DNA of 61,585 nucleotides, taken from NCBI GenBank assembly GCA_037440145.1, contig JBBIUR010000020.1, positions 1 to 61,585 of the forward strand, given 5' to 3'. The notes below the pieces were generated by a model. The model was not told where the DNA came from and ran no database searches. It saw only the letters and a program-made list of their open reading frames with translations. Position 1 is the stretch's first letter. The number at the start of each line of letters is the position of its first letter. A program made the translations under genes and the position numbers. Below are positions 27,802 through 35,927 of this stretch, piece after piece. Origin of the DNA: Myxococcales bacterium. GTDB taxonomy: Bacteria > Desulfobacterota > Binatia > HRBIN30 > BPIQ01.

Positions 27802-30344
27802 TGCAAGACCCCCCGCGCCGTGAGCTCGTCGATCTCGTCCCGGGACATGCGGAGGAGTTCGCCGAAGACGTACGCGTTGTCTTCGCCGATGCGGCGGTAC
27901 GGCCCGAACAGGCACGGCGTCTCGGAGAAGACCAGCGGCAGGCGCGCTGCCAAGACGTCTGGGCCGCGCTCCCACTCGATGCCCGGGCGCTTGGGGTCGG
28001 CGACGAAATACGCCGTCGGGCGGTACAGAGCCCGGCTGGCGAGCTGGGGATCGGATGCGAGATCTTCGCCCTTGGCCACGATGCCCGCGGGAACGCCGGC
28101 TCGTTGCAGCGCGTCCATCAATGCGTGCTTTTCCCAGGTGCAGGTTGCGGCCGCGATCGCTCGGTCCAGTTCGCCCTCGTGCGCGCGACGCCGCTCCGCG
28201 GTGCGGAAGCGGTCGTCCTCGGCCCAGTCGGGGTGCCCGAGCACGCGGCACAGGGCGCGCCACTGCGGTTCCGTCCACACGGCCAGCGCGCACCACTCGT
28301 CCTCCCCTTTGCAGGGATAGGCATTGTGGGGCACCGCGATCGGGTCGTGATTGCCCCGCCGCGCGGGCAGCCGCGCGCCCGCCTGGTAGTCGAGGAGCGC
28401 GGTGGCGACGGTGCTGACTCCCGATCGGAAGATCGATCCCTCGATTCCCATTCCCATCCCCGTCTCGCGGCGCCGGTGCAGGGCGACTAGAACGGCCAGC
28501 GCCTGGAAAAGCGGCGTGTGGTAATCGGAATAGGCCGAGTTGAGGCAGCACGGGGGATCTTCGGGCTGGCCGCTCATCGTCGAGACGCCGCAGATGTGCT
28601 GGGCCATGATCCCGTAGAGCTTGTACCGCTCGTACGGGCCGCTGCCGAAGCCGCTCTGGAGCACCACGATGAGCCGCGGGTATTCTCGGCGCAGCTGTTC
28701 CAGATCGAGGCCCCAGCGGGCGAGAGCGTCGCGGCGGAAGTTGGTCAGGAAGACATCGGCAATGCCCAGCAGACGGCGGAGGATCGCGGCGCCTTCGGGT
28801 GTCCGCACGTCGAGAGTGATGCGGCGCTTGAGCGCCTGGTATTCCGGCTGCCCCATACCCCTGCCCCAAGGGGGCACGAAGGCGAGCTGGTCAGGGACCT
28901 TGTTGCTCTCCACCTTGATCACGGTAGCCCCGAGGGCCGCCAGGATTCGCCCCGTGAGCGGCAGGGCGATGAAGGGGCCGAACTCGACCACGCGCACGCC
29001 CTCGAGCAGCGCCACCCACGGCGCGTCGCGGCACGGCGGGGGCTCGGCCAGGTATCCAGCCCCTCGGCGCTGGGCTTGGTAGGGAAGCGCGCGCGCCCCG
29101 TCGCCCGCGCTGCCGGGTGCCGGGCCGATGACGCCGGCGGCGCGCAGGCTCTCGAATTCAGCGGCGGACATGCCCAGCTCGCGGCACAGGATTTCCTCGT
29201 TTGCTTCGCCGAGCTGAGGAGCGGCCCGGCTAGCAGTTGCCACCTCCGGGCCCAGGAGGTTCAGCGGGTAGCGGAGCGGCCCGACCACGGGGTGCTCGAG
29301 CGTCTTCCAGAAATTCGCCTCGGCCAGGGCGGGGTCCGCTAGCAGGTCCGCGATCGTGTTCACGGGCACGACCACCAGGTTGCGCCGCTGCCCCTCGCGG
29401 AACAGCTCCGCACGGGTCTGGCGCAGCGTGAAATCCAGCAGCACCGCCTCGATCAGATCGCGATGCGGGGCGCGCGCGTGAATGCCGCCGCGCAGCTCTT
29501 GGGCGAGGATCTCTTCGCGGCCCGTGACTTCGTAGAGCCACTGCGCGAGGACGTCCCACTCCCGGTCGGTGAAAATGCCAATGCCGACCCAGCCGTCGGC
29601 ACAGGGAAACACGCCGGCAGGGACGGACAGACTCGAGACCGGGCCCACGCGGACCACGTTTTTCTTCCGCACATTCCAGCAGAGCACCGGATGCTGCTCG
29701 AGGTAGAAGCTGAGCAGTGCCTCCTGCATCGAGATGTCGATGTGCTGGCCGCCGATGCCGTGCCAGTCGCGGTAGAACAGCGCCGCCACCGTGCCCAGTG
29801 CGGCGTACAGCGCGCCAGGAAAGCGCGACTGCTCGTTGCCGAGCCGCATGGGAGGGCCGTCCGGATCGCCTGTGACCTGCATGAACCCGCTGGTCGCCAG
29901 CGACACGATATCGCTCGCGAGGTATCCGCTGCGCGGCCCGCTTGCGCCGTACGGCGTGATCGACACCCAGACGAGGTGCGCGTTCGCCTCGTGCAGCGCC
30001 CTCCAGCTCAGGCCTTGGGCCTCGAGTTCGCCCGGCAGGAAATTTTCGACGAGCGCATCGGCAGTGCGGAGCAGGCGGAGGAACCAATCGCGGCCTCGCG
30101 AGTGGGCGATGTCGAGGGAAAGCGAGCGCTTGTTGGTGTTGAACGCGAGAAAGTCGAGACTCGTTTCGGCGCTGGCTTGGTCGCGGAAAAACGGCGGCCG
30201 CCACCGGCTCGGATCGCCCGCGGGCGGCTCGACCTTGATCACCTCGGCACCGAGGTCGGCCAGTAGCTTGCCGGCGAACGCCCCGGTTGCGTCGGTGAGG
30301 TCGAGGATGCGGTACCGCGGCAGGAAGAACTCGCTCGCCGGCAT
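27798..30344 (-). CDS. tandem-fused family III CoA-transferase, two complete repeats
   Basis: Signature twice: RYRILDLTDATGAFAGKLLADLGAEVIKVE and LLEGVRVVEFGPFIALPLTGRILAALGATVIKVE. ATG 30344 lies 11 nt after GGAGGAG. GTG 30356 is the ORF-track start but abuts the RBS. Confidence 0.75.
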   Translation of the reverse strand: MPASEFFLPRYRILDLTDATGAFAGKLLADLGAEVIKVEPPAGDPSRWRPPFFRDQASAETSLDFLAFNTNKRSLSLDIAHSRGRDWFLRLLRTADALVENFLPGELEAQGLSWRALHEANAHLVWVSITPYGASGPRSGYLASDIVSLATSGFMQVTGDPDGPPMRLGNEQSRFPGALYAALGTVAALFYRDWHGIGGQHIDISMQEALLSFYLEQHPVLCWNVRKKNVVRVGPVSSLSVPAGVFPCADGWVGIGIFTDREWDVLAQWLYEVTGREEILAQELRGGIHARAPHRDLIEAVLLDFTLRQTRAELFREGQRRNLVVVPVNTIADLLADPALAEANFWKTLEHPVVGPLRYPLNLLGPEVATASRAAPQLGEANEEILCRELGMSAAEFESLRAAGVIGPAPGSAGDGARALPYQAQRRGAGYLAEPPPCRDAPWVALLEGVRVVEFGPFIALPLTGRILAALGATVIKVESNKVPDQLAFVPPWGRGMGQPEYQALKRRITLDVRTPEGAAILRRLLGIADVFLTNFRRDALARWGLDLEQLRREYPRLIVVLQSGFGSGPYERYKLYGIMAQHICGVSTMSGQPEDPPCCLNSAYSDYHTPLFQALAVLVALHRRRETGMGMGIEGSIFRSGVSTVATALLDYQAGARLPARRGNHDPIAVPHNAYPCKGEDEWCALAVWTEPQWRALCRVLGHPDWAEDDRFRTAERRRAHEGELDRAIAAATCTWEKHALMDALQRAGVPAGIVAKGEDLASDPQLASRALYRPTAYFVADPKRPGIEWERGPDVLAARLPLVFSETPCLFGPYRRIGEDNAYVFGELLRMSRDEIDELTARGVLQ

Positions 30345-30362
30345 CGGCGCCTGCACTCCTCC

Positions 30363-31493
30363 TCAAGCATTTTGCGAGGTTGCCCCTTCGGCCGGCGCTG
30401 GGCTCTCCCCCAGGATCTCGCAAGCCTGCTGGATCATTTCCGCCACCACCTCGGCAGCGGGCCGGAGCTTCTGCAGCATGCCGACGATTTGCCCAGCGGC
30501 GGTGGCACACACGTCCTTCAGGCGCGCCCGCCCGGCGCCGGCCAGCACCGGCGCCGAAAGCAGCATCTGATAGGGCATCGGGAGAGCCTCGAGACCCGAG
30601 GCTTCGAACTCTTCGACCCACTTGTTCTTCAGGACCCGCATGGGCTTCCCGGTGAGCGCGCGGCTGACGACGGTGCCCTCCTCGTCGCTTTCGAGCAACG
30701 CCTCCTTCAGGAACCCCGAAAGCGCCGCTTCGTGCGTGGCGCAAAAGACCGTGCCGCACCACACGCCCGCGGCCCCTAGTGCGAGCGACGCTACCAGCGC
30801 TCGCCCGTCGGCGATGCCGCCGGCTGCGAGCACGGGCGTGCCGCGGGCGGCGTCGACGGCTTGGGGCACCAGTGCCATCGTGCCGATGCGCCCGTTGTGC
30901 CCTCCGGCTTCGGTGCCCTGGGCGACGATGATGTCGACGCCTCCGTCGCGCATGCGCCGCACGTGTTTCACGTTGCCGGCAATGCCGATGACGCGGATGC
31001 CGCGCCCGTGGAACTCGCGGACGAACGGCGACGGGTCGCCGAGTCCTGCGGCGTAAACTGGGACCTTCTGGTCCATGATGACTTCGAGCTGTTTTTCGAA
31101 GAAATCGTGGGTCCAGCCCCACGACAGCTCGTGCGCGAGGCCGTCCCGCGGGGGCTCGGGGATGCCGTACTTTTCCTGGAAGCGGCGCGCGAAGTCGATG
31201 TGGCTCTGAGGGATCTTCTGCTTTAGCTCGCCCTTCGAACCCGAGCGCGGCACGCGGGCGGGAAGGAGCGTGTCGACTCCGAAGGGCGCCGAGGTGAGGC
31301 GGCGCGTCTGTTCGATCCACTGATTGAGGAGATCCGCGGGAAGCGGGGCGCCGCCGAGAATGCCGAGGCCGCCGGCATTCGAGACCGCTGCAGCGAGTTC
31401 GGGGGACGAAATGCGCCCCATCCCCGCAAGGAAGATCGGGTAGCGGATCCCCAGCATGTCGCAGACGGGCGTGTGGAGGGTGAGGCGGTTCAT
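30363..31493 (-). CDS. nitronate monooxygenase / FabK-like FMN-dependent oxidoreductase
   Basis: ATG 31493 overlaps the AOR TGA as ATGA. Motifs IRYPIFLAGMG, IVAQGTEAGGH and PVLAAGGIADGR. Confidence 0.75.
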   Translation of the reverse strand: MNRLTLHTPVCDMLGIRYPIFLAGMGRISSPELAAAVSNAGGLGILGGAPLPADLLNQWIEQTRRLTSAPFGVDTLLPARVPRSGSKGELKQKIPQSHIDFARRFQEKYGIPEPPRDGLAHELSWGWTHDFFEKQLEVIMDQKVPVYAAGLGDPSPFVREFHGRGIRVIGIAGNVKHVRRMRDGGVDIIVAQGTEAGGHNGRIGTMALVPQAVDAARGTPVLAAGGIADGRALVASLALGAAGVWCGTVFCATHEAALSGFLKEALLESDEEGTVVSRALTGKPMRVLKNKWVEEFEASGLEALPMPYQMLLSAPVLAGAGRARLKDVCATAAGQIVGMLQKLRPAAEVVAEMIQQACEILGESPAPAEGATSQNA

Positions 31494-33469
31494 GGGCTGA
31501 TTCCTCCGCGGTCGGGGGCGAGCAGGCCGGCGGCTTCTAGGCGCGCGGCCACGTCGTCCAGTCCCAGGTCTACTAGGCGCGCCCGCGTGGGCCGGCCTTC
31601 CGCATCCCAGCCCCGGAGGCGGTAGAGGTTTTCGAGCTCCCGGGTGTACTCCTCGCGGTCGAGCACGGCGCCTTCGAACCGGCCGTGCTCGACGGGCACG
31701 CCGTAGTAGTTGTCGGGGAAGTAGTCGTGCTCTTTGCGAAAGCCGTGCAGGAGTTGCATGGCCTGCTCGATCTGGCGGATGCGGTCGCCCGCGCGGTGCA
31801 GGTCTTCCCACGAGACGTCGATGCCCGTAGTGGCGCTGAAGCAGTGCGCGAAGTCCTCGAGGCCCATTCGCATTTGCGCCCACGTGGTGAAGCGCTGGCA
31901 GATGCCGAGGCTGTTGCAGACGGTTACGTGGTTGTCGGAGTAGAACTTGGCGAGCGACTTGTCGTCGAAGACCATCGGGTTGCCGATGTACGTATCGGCC
32001 CACTGGCGCGCGATGGGTTCCGGGATTCCGATGCGGCGGAACCGCTCGTAGTCCACGTTGCCCTCGGCCAGCAAGGTGTCCGTGTTCAGGACGTCGCACT
32101 CGCGGATGTCGAGGCCGCGGGAGAACGCGAGGCCCTTCAGGGGCCGGAAATCGGCCGGTACTTCCCTCCGCTTCTTGTTCGCGCGGATCAGCCGCATCAG
32201 TCGTTCGGGTTCCACCCCGCGTCGCCGAGCGAGCTCGCGGGCGGCGTGAAAGATTCCGTCGGCCAGCAGCGCGCCGTATCCGCGGCGCTCGGCGATCTGC
32301 ACGATCAACTCCTCTTGGGCCGCGGCATTGCCCCACTCTAACGGGAGGCCGCCGGTGTCCTCAGGGGTTAGCAGGCCTTCCTGCCACCAGTGCATCGAGG
32401 TGGCCACCGCGGTGCCGATGGCGATGCTGTCGAAGCCGAGGTCGTTGACGAGGTTGGTGAGGTGGAGAATGGTGGCGTAGTCGGAGACGCCGCACGCCGG
32501 GCCGAGGGGGATGATCGTGCCCGCTTCCCCGCCCGAGCCTTGCTCGCCGGCGAACCGGCCCTGGCGGATGTGCCAGTGGTGGTCGCAGTGCTGGAAGCAC
32601 GCGTGGCAGGCCTTGGAGGCAGTGGCGAATTCCTTCCGGAAGCGCTCGACGCTCAAGTTCGCGTAAGGGAAATCGCGCGGCTGGACGTTGTACTGGCAGT
32701 TCAGCACCCCCGAGAGCTCGACCAGCCACTTCGTGCCCTGCTCGCCGAAGCGCCGGAAGCGAGGTTCGGCGCGGTTTTTCTCGAACACAGCCGCGAAGGC
32801 GGCAAAGGCGTCTTGCGGCCGCGCCACCCGCACGCCGCGGGTTCCCTTGACCACAATCGCTTTTAAGTTCTTGGCGCCGAAGACCGCTCCTGTGGAGCCT
32901 GCGGACGGGGCGCGGAAGAGGTCGCACGTGGGCATCGACCCGTGGGCGCGATTTTCCCCGGCGGGCCCGATAATCAGGCGCGCGTACTGCGCCAGCCCCG
33001 CCTCGGCCTGCAGGAGGCGGTCGGTTTCGCGCACGCGCTTGCCCCACAGGTGGCGCGCATCCCGCAGCTCGACCGCGTCGTCGGCGATCCGGAGGTAGAC
33101 CGGGTGCGGCGCGCGGCCCGTGATCACGATCGCATCGTAGTTCGCGTATTTCAGCTCCGCGCCGAACTGGCCTCCCGCGTTGGCGTCGAGGTAGCCGCCG
33201 AGCGATGGGCTCAAGCCCACGGCCACGGTGACGCGCCCCGACCCTGGCGTCAGGGTTCCCGTCAGCGCGCCGGGGGCGATGCAGAGGACGTTTTTCGGGC
33301 TGAAGGGATCGCGCTCGGCGAAGTCGTGCTCGTCGAAGATCAGCCGCTCGGCAAATCCCTGGCCGCCCAGGTACTGCTCGGCAAAGCGCGGGTCGAGGTC
33401 CTGGCACCGAATGGTTCCGGAGCTCAGATCGACGCGCAGGATCCTGCCGGTCCAGCCGCACAGGGCCAT
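31490..33469 (-). CDS. aldehyde:ferredoxin oxidoreductase (AOR) family tungsto/molybdopterin enzyme
   Basis: ATG 33469 (MALCGWTGRILRVDLSSG) with GGAGG upstream; it shares one nt with the ferredoxin TGA (TGATG). Motifs GGQGFAERL, IGPAGEN and GxDS-type segments (DLGFDSIAIG); 659 aa. Confidence 0.8.
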   Translation of the reverse strand: MALCGWTGRILRVDLSSGTIRCQDLDPRFAEQYLGGQGFAERLIFDEHDFAERDPFSPKNVLCIAPGALTGTLTPGSGRVTVAVGLSPSLGGYLDANAGGQFGAELKYANYDAIVITGRAPHPVYLRIADDAVELRDARHLWGKRVRETDRLLQAEAGLAQYARLIIGPAGENRAHGSMPTCDLFRAPSAGSTGAVFGAKNLKAIVVKGTRGVRVARPQDAFAAFAAVFEKNRAEPRFRRFGEQGTKWLVELSGVLNCQYNVQPRDFPYANLSVERFRKEFATASKACHACFQHCDHHWHIRQGRFAGEQGSGGEAGTIIPLGPACGVSDYATILHLTNLVNDLGFDSIAIGTAVATSMHWWQEGLLTPEDTGGLPLEWGNAAAQEELIVQIAERRGYGALLADGIFHAARELARRRGVEPERLMRLIRANKKRREVPADFRPLKGLAFSRGLDIRECDVLNTDTLLAEGNVDYERFRRIGIPEPIARQWADTYIGNPMVFDDKSLAKFYSDNHVTVCNSLGICQRFTTWAQMRMGLEDFAHCFSATTGIDVSWEDLHRAGDRIRQIEQAMQLLHGFRKEHDYFPDNYYGVPVEHGRFEGAVLDREEYTRELENLYRLRGWDAEGRPTRARLVDLGLDDVAARLEAAGLLAPDRGGISP

Positions 33470-33933
33470 CAAGCACCTCCGGATAGAGCGCGCGCGGTGG
33501 CGGCGCGCTTGGCAAAGGCGACTGCTTCGGGCTCGGCATACCGCAGCGCGCCCGTCTCGCAAAAGCGCACGCACTGCGGGTCGCCGCTGCAGAGGTCGCA
33601 CTTGATCACGCGGCGGGTGGCCGGATGGACGGACATCGCGCCGTACGGGCAACCCACCACGCACATGCGGCAGCCGATGCAGAGGGCGGAGTCGACCAGG
33701 AGTGCTCCGGTGCCGGGGTTGCGGTGGATCGCGCGGGGTTGGCACACCGCCTCGCACATGGCCGTGTCGCACTGCTGGCAGACGGCGGGCACGTGCAGCC
33801 CCTCCTCGTCCCAGTGAATCACGGCCAGCCGGGCCGCGGCGGGGTTCGCAACCCCGTCGTGGTGCAGCGAGCAGGCGATCTCGCACAGGCGGCATCCGGT
33901 GCAGCGCGTGTAGTCCACGGCCAACATCTTCAT
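33469..33933 (-). CDS. four-cluster 4Fe-4S ferredoxin-like electron-transfer subunit (DmsB/AorA type, small)
   Basis: Four Cys groups: CTGCRLCEIAC, CQQCDTAMCEAVC, CIGCRMCVVGCP and CDLCSGDPQCVRFC. ATG 33933 overlaps the upstream TGA as ATGA; RBS GGGAGGA. Confidence 0.8.
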   Translation of the reverse strand: MKMLAVDYTRCTGCRLCEIACSLHHDGVANPAAARLAVIHWDEEGLHVPAVCQQCDTAMCEAVCQPRAIHRNPGTGALLVDSALCIGCRMCVVGCPYGAMSVHPATRRVIKCDLCSGDPQCVRFCETGALRYAEPEAVAFAKRAATARALSGGA

Positions 33934-35927
33934 CGCCCAGATCCTCCCATCGCTGCTGCCGCGGGCACTGCCCGGGCGCTCAGCTCTGCCCGCGCCAGGA
34001 TTTCCAGGGGATGGACCACCTGCCGGCCGGTTCCGTGTTCGATCTGGAGCTTGCACGCTCCGCAATCGGTCGCGATCTCGTCCCAGCGCGTGGAGCGCGC
34101 GGCAGCGAAGAGACCGGCGCCGATGGCCATCGACTCGCGGTAGTGCGCGCGCTCGAGGCCGAAGGTTCCCGACAGGCCGCAGCAGCCGCGGTCCAGCGGT
34201 GCGACCTCCACCCCGCGGACCCGCGCCAGCAGTTGCGGCGTCTCGTCGCGCAGCCCGAGCGCGCGGAGGTGGCAAGGGAGATGATAGCCGACTCGCCACG
34301 CGCGCCCGGGCAGCGTTCCCTCGACCCCGCGCTCGAGCAGAAACGGCGAAATGAAGCGCGTGTGGGCAGCGACGCGGTCGGCGGCGCTCGACGGAAACAG
34401 GCGCGGGTAATCCCGGGCGAGCGCGAGCTGGCAGCTCGGGCAGGTGGTGAGGATGGTAAGCCCGCGCTCCGCGTACGCCGCCAACGTGCGGACGTTGAAC
34501 TCCACGAGGCGCCGCGCGGCATCGATCTCGCCCTTCGCGTACAGCGGGATCCCGCAGCACTTCCAGGGCGGCAGGAGGACTTGGTAGCCGAGGTGTTCGA
34601 GGATCCGCACCGCGGTTTCCGCGACCTCGGGGTGGTTGTAGTTGGCAAAGCAGCCGTAGAAGTAGACCACGGGTGGGGTCCCGTTTCCCGCCGGCCGGCG
34701 GGGGCGCGCGTCGAAGCGGTCGCGCCGGAAGCGCGGCAGCTGGCGCTGCGGTGCAATGCCGAACACCTTGTCCATCACGGCCCGCACCGGGGGCAGCCCG
34801 ACCAGGTGGTTGCTGACCGGCGCCGCCCGCGAAAAGGCTCGGCTCAATGCCTCCACGTTACCCTGCACCCGCCGCTGCCAGTCCCCCCAGTTGCGGCCGC
34901 GCGCGCGCAGCGTCTCTTGCCGGCGCGCGGCGATCATGGCGGGAATCGGGATGTCGAGGGGGCAGTCGGCCTCGCAGTTCCCGCACAAGGTGCAAAGGTC
35001 GAGGCTCGGGTTTTCGCCGCGCAGGTGGCTCCACAGGTAATCCTTGGGCGACCACCCCCGCGGCCCCCGGAAAAACGGATAGGTCGGGCAGCGCGCGGAG
35101 CAGGCGCGGCAGCCGATGCAGTCGTAAAGAGCGCGGTGCGGCCCCTCGAGCAGGTCCCGCCGGCCGTTGTCGAGGAGGATCACTTCCACCGCCCGTTCTC
35201 CTTCGGAGAGGCCAGCCAGCGCGGCCAGTGGCTGCGCCGGCGCTGGGGTGCGCCCGAGATCGAGCAGCACTGCCTCGCAGCCGTAGGCGCTGCACGCGGC
35301 CACCTGCCGCTGTGCGGCGGCATCGTCGGCGACGATCTTCTCGCGGCCGACGGCAAACACCAGCGTCTGTGCCGCGGCGAGCAGCTCGCCGATATTCTCG
35401 GAGTGCTGCAGCAGGTAGAGCGAGCCGTTAGCGGCGCTCGCGGCGTTCACGCCCAGCAGGCCGAGCAGTGCGCGCGGCGGGTTCGAAGGCTCCTGCCAGG
35501 GGCGTGTCTGCCAGTTCGCGAGCGCTGGGGGGCGGGGCAACTGCCAGGCGTGCTCGTAGCGCGGCGCGAAGGAGCTGCCCTGGGGCCCGTAGGTCGAGAT
35601 CACCCGCACGCCCAGGTCGAGCAGGGATTCGTACAGCTCCGCCACCACCGCGGCGCGCGAGGCAGCGACGGGGCGCTCTTGGGCAAGGGCGGCAATGCGC
35701 GCCGCGGCTGCTGCGGCCGTGGGCGCCCAGGTTACGCGGACCCCCCGGGCTGCAAGGGCCTCAGCGAAGCGGGCGACCAGGACATCCGCATCGCAGGCGG
35801 CGCGTTGCCGGTCCGCCCGCAGCCGCGAGAGGTCGAGCGGCGCCTCGCTGGCCCTGCGGGCCAGGACTGCGGCCGAGCGCTCCTGCGCGGTGCGATTGCA
35901 TGGTTCGCGGAGGTAGATCGGCACCAT
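33930..35927 (-). CDS. LUD-domain + 2x[4Fe-4S] + two CCG-domain protein (LutB/LutA- or GlcF/HdrD-like fusion)
   Basis: ATG 35927 shares one nt with the hydantoinase B TGA (TGATG). The N-terminal region resembles the LutB/LutC LUD fold (GVNAASAANGSLYLL...FAVGREKIV). Then CIGCRACSARCP and CTLCGNCEADCP, then CCG motifs WKCCGIPL and RGCCGLSG. Confidence 0.65.
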   Translation of the reverse strand: MVPIYLREPCNRTAQERSAAVLARRASEAPLDLSRLRADRQRAACDADVLVARFAEALAARGVRVTWAPTAAAAAARIAALAQERPVAASRAAVVAELYESLLDLGVRVISTYGPQGSSFAPRYEHAWQLPRPPALANWQTRPWQEPSNPPRALLGLLGVNAASAANGSLYLLQHSENIGELLAAAQTLVFAVGREKIVADDAAAQRQVAACSAYGCEAVLLDLGRTPAPAQPLAALAGLSEGERAVEVILLDNGRRDLLEGPHRALYDCIGCRACSARCPTYPFFRGPRGWSPKDYLWSHLRGENPSLDLCTLCGNCEADCPLDIPIPAMIAARRQETLRARGRNWGDWQRRVQGNVEALSRAFSRAAPVSNHLVGLPPVRAVMDKVFGIAPQRQLPRFRRDRFDARPRRPAGNGTPPVVYFYGCFANYNHPEVAETAVRILEHLGYQVLLPPWKCCGIPLYAKGEIDAARRLVEFNVRTLAAYAERGLTILTTCPSCQLALARDYPRLFPSSAADRVAAHTRFISPFLLERGVEGTLPGRAWRVGYHLPCHLRALGLRDETPQLLARVRGVEVAPLDRGCCGLSGTFGLERAHYRESMAIGAGLFAAARSTRWDEIATDCGACKLQIEHGTGRQVVHPLEILARAELSARAVPAAAAMGGSGR

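Noticed and set aside
33469-33933. The 154-aa four-cluster ferredoxin as the missing beta subunit of the Mo enzymes.
   Set aside because: It overlaps and is RBS-coupled to the AOR gene, it has no Tat or hitch-hiker context with any alpha, and it is far smaller than NarH/EbdB. Partnering with AOR is the simpler explanation. It remains a candidate to test, not a claim.
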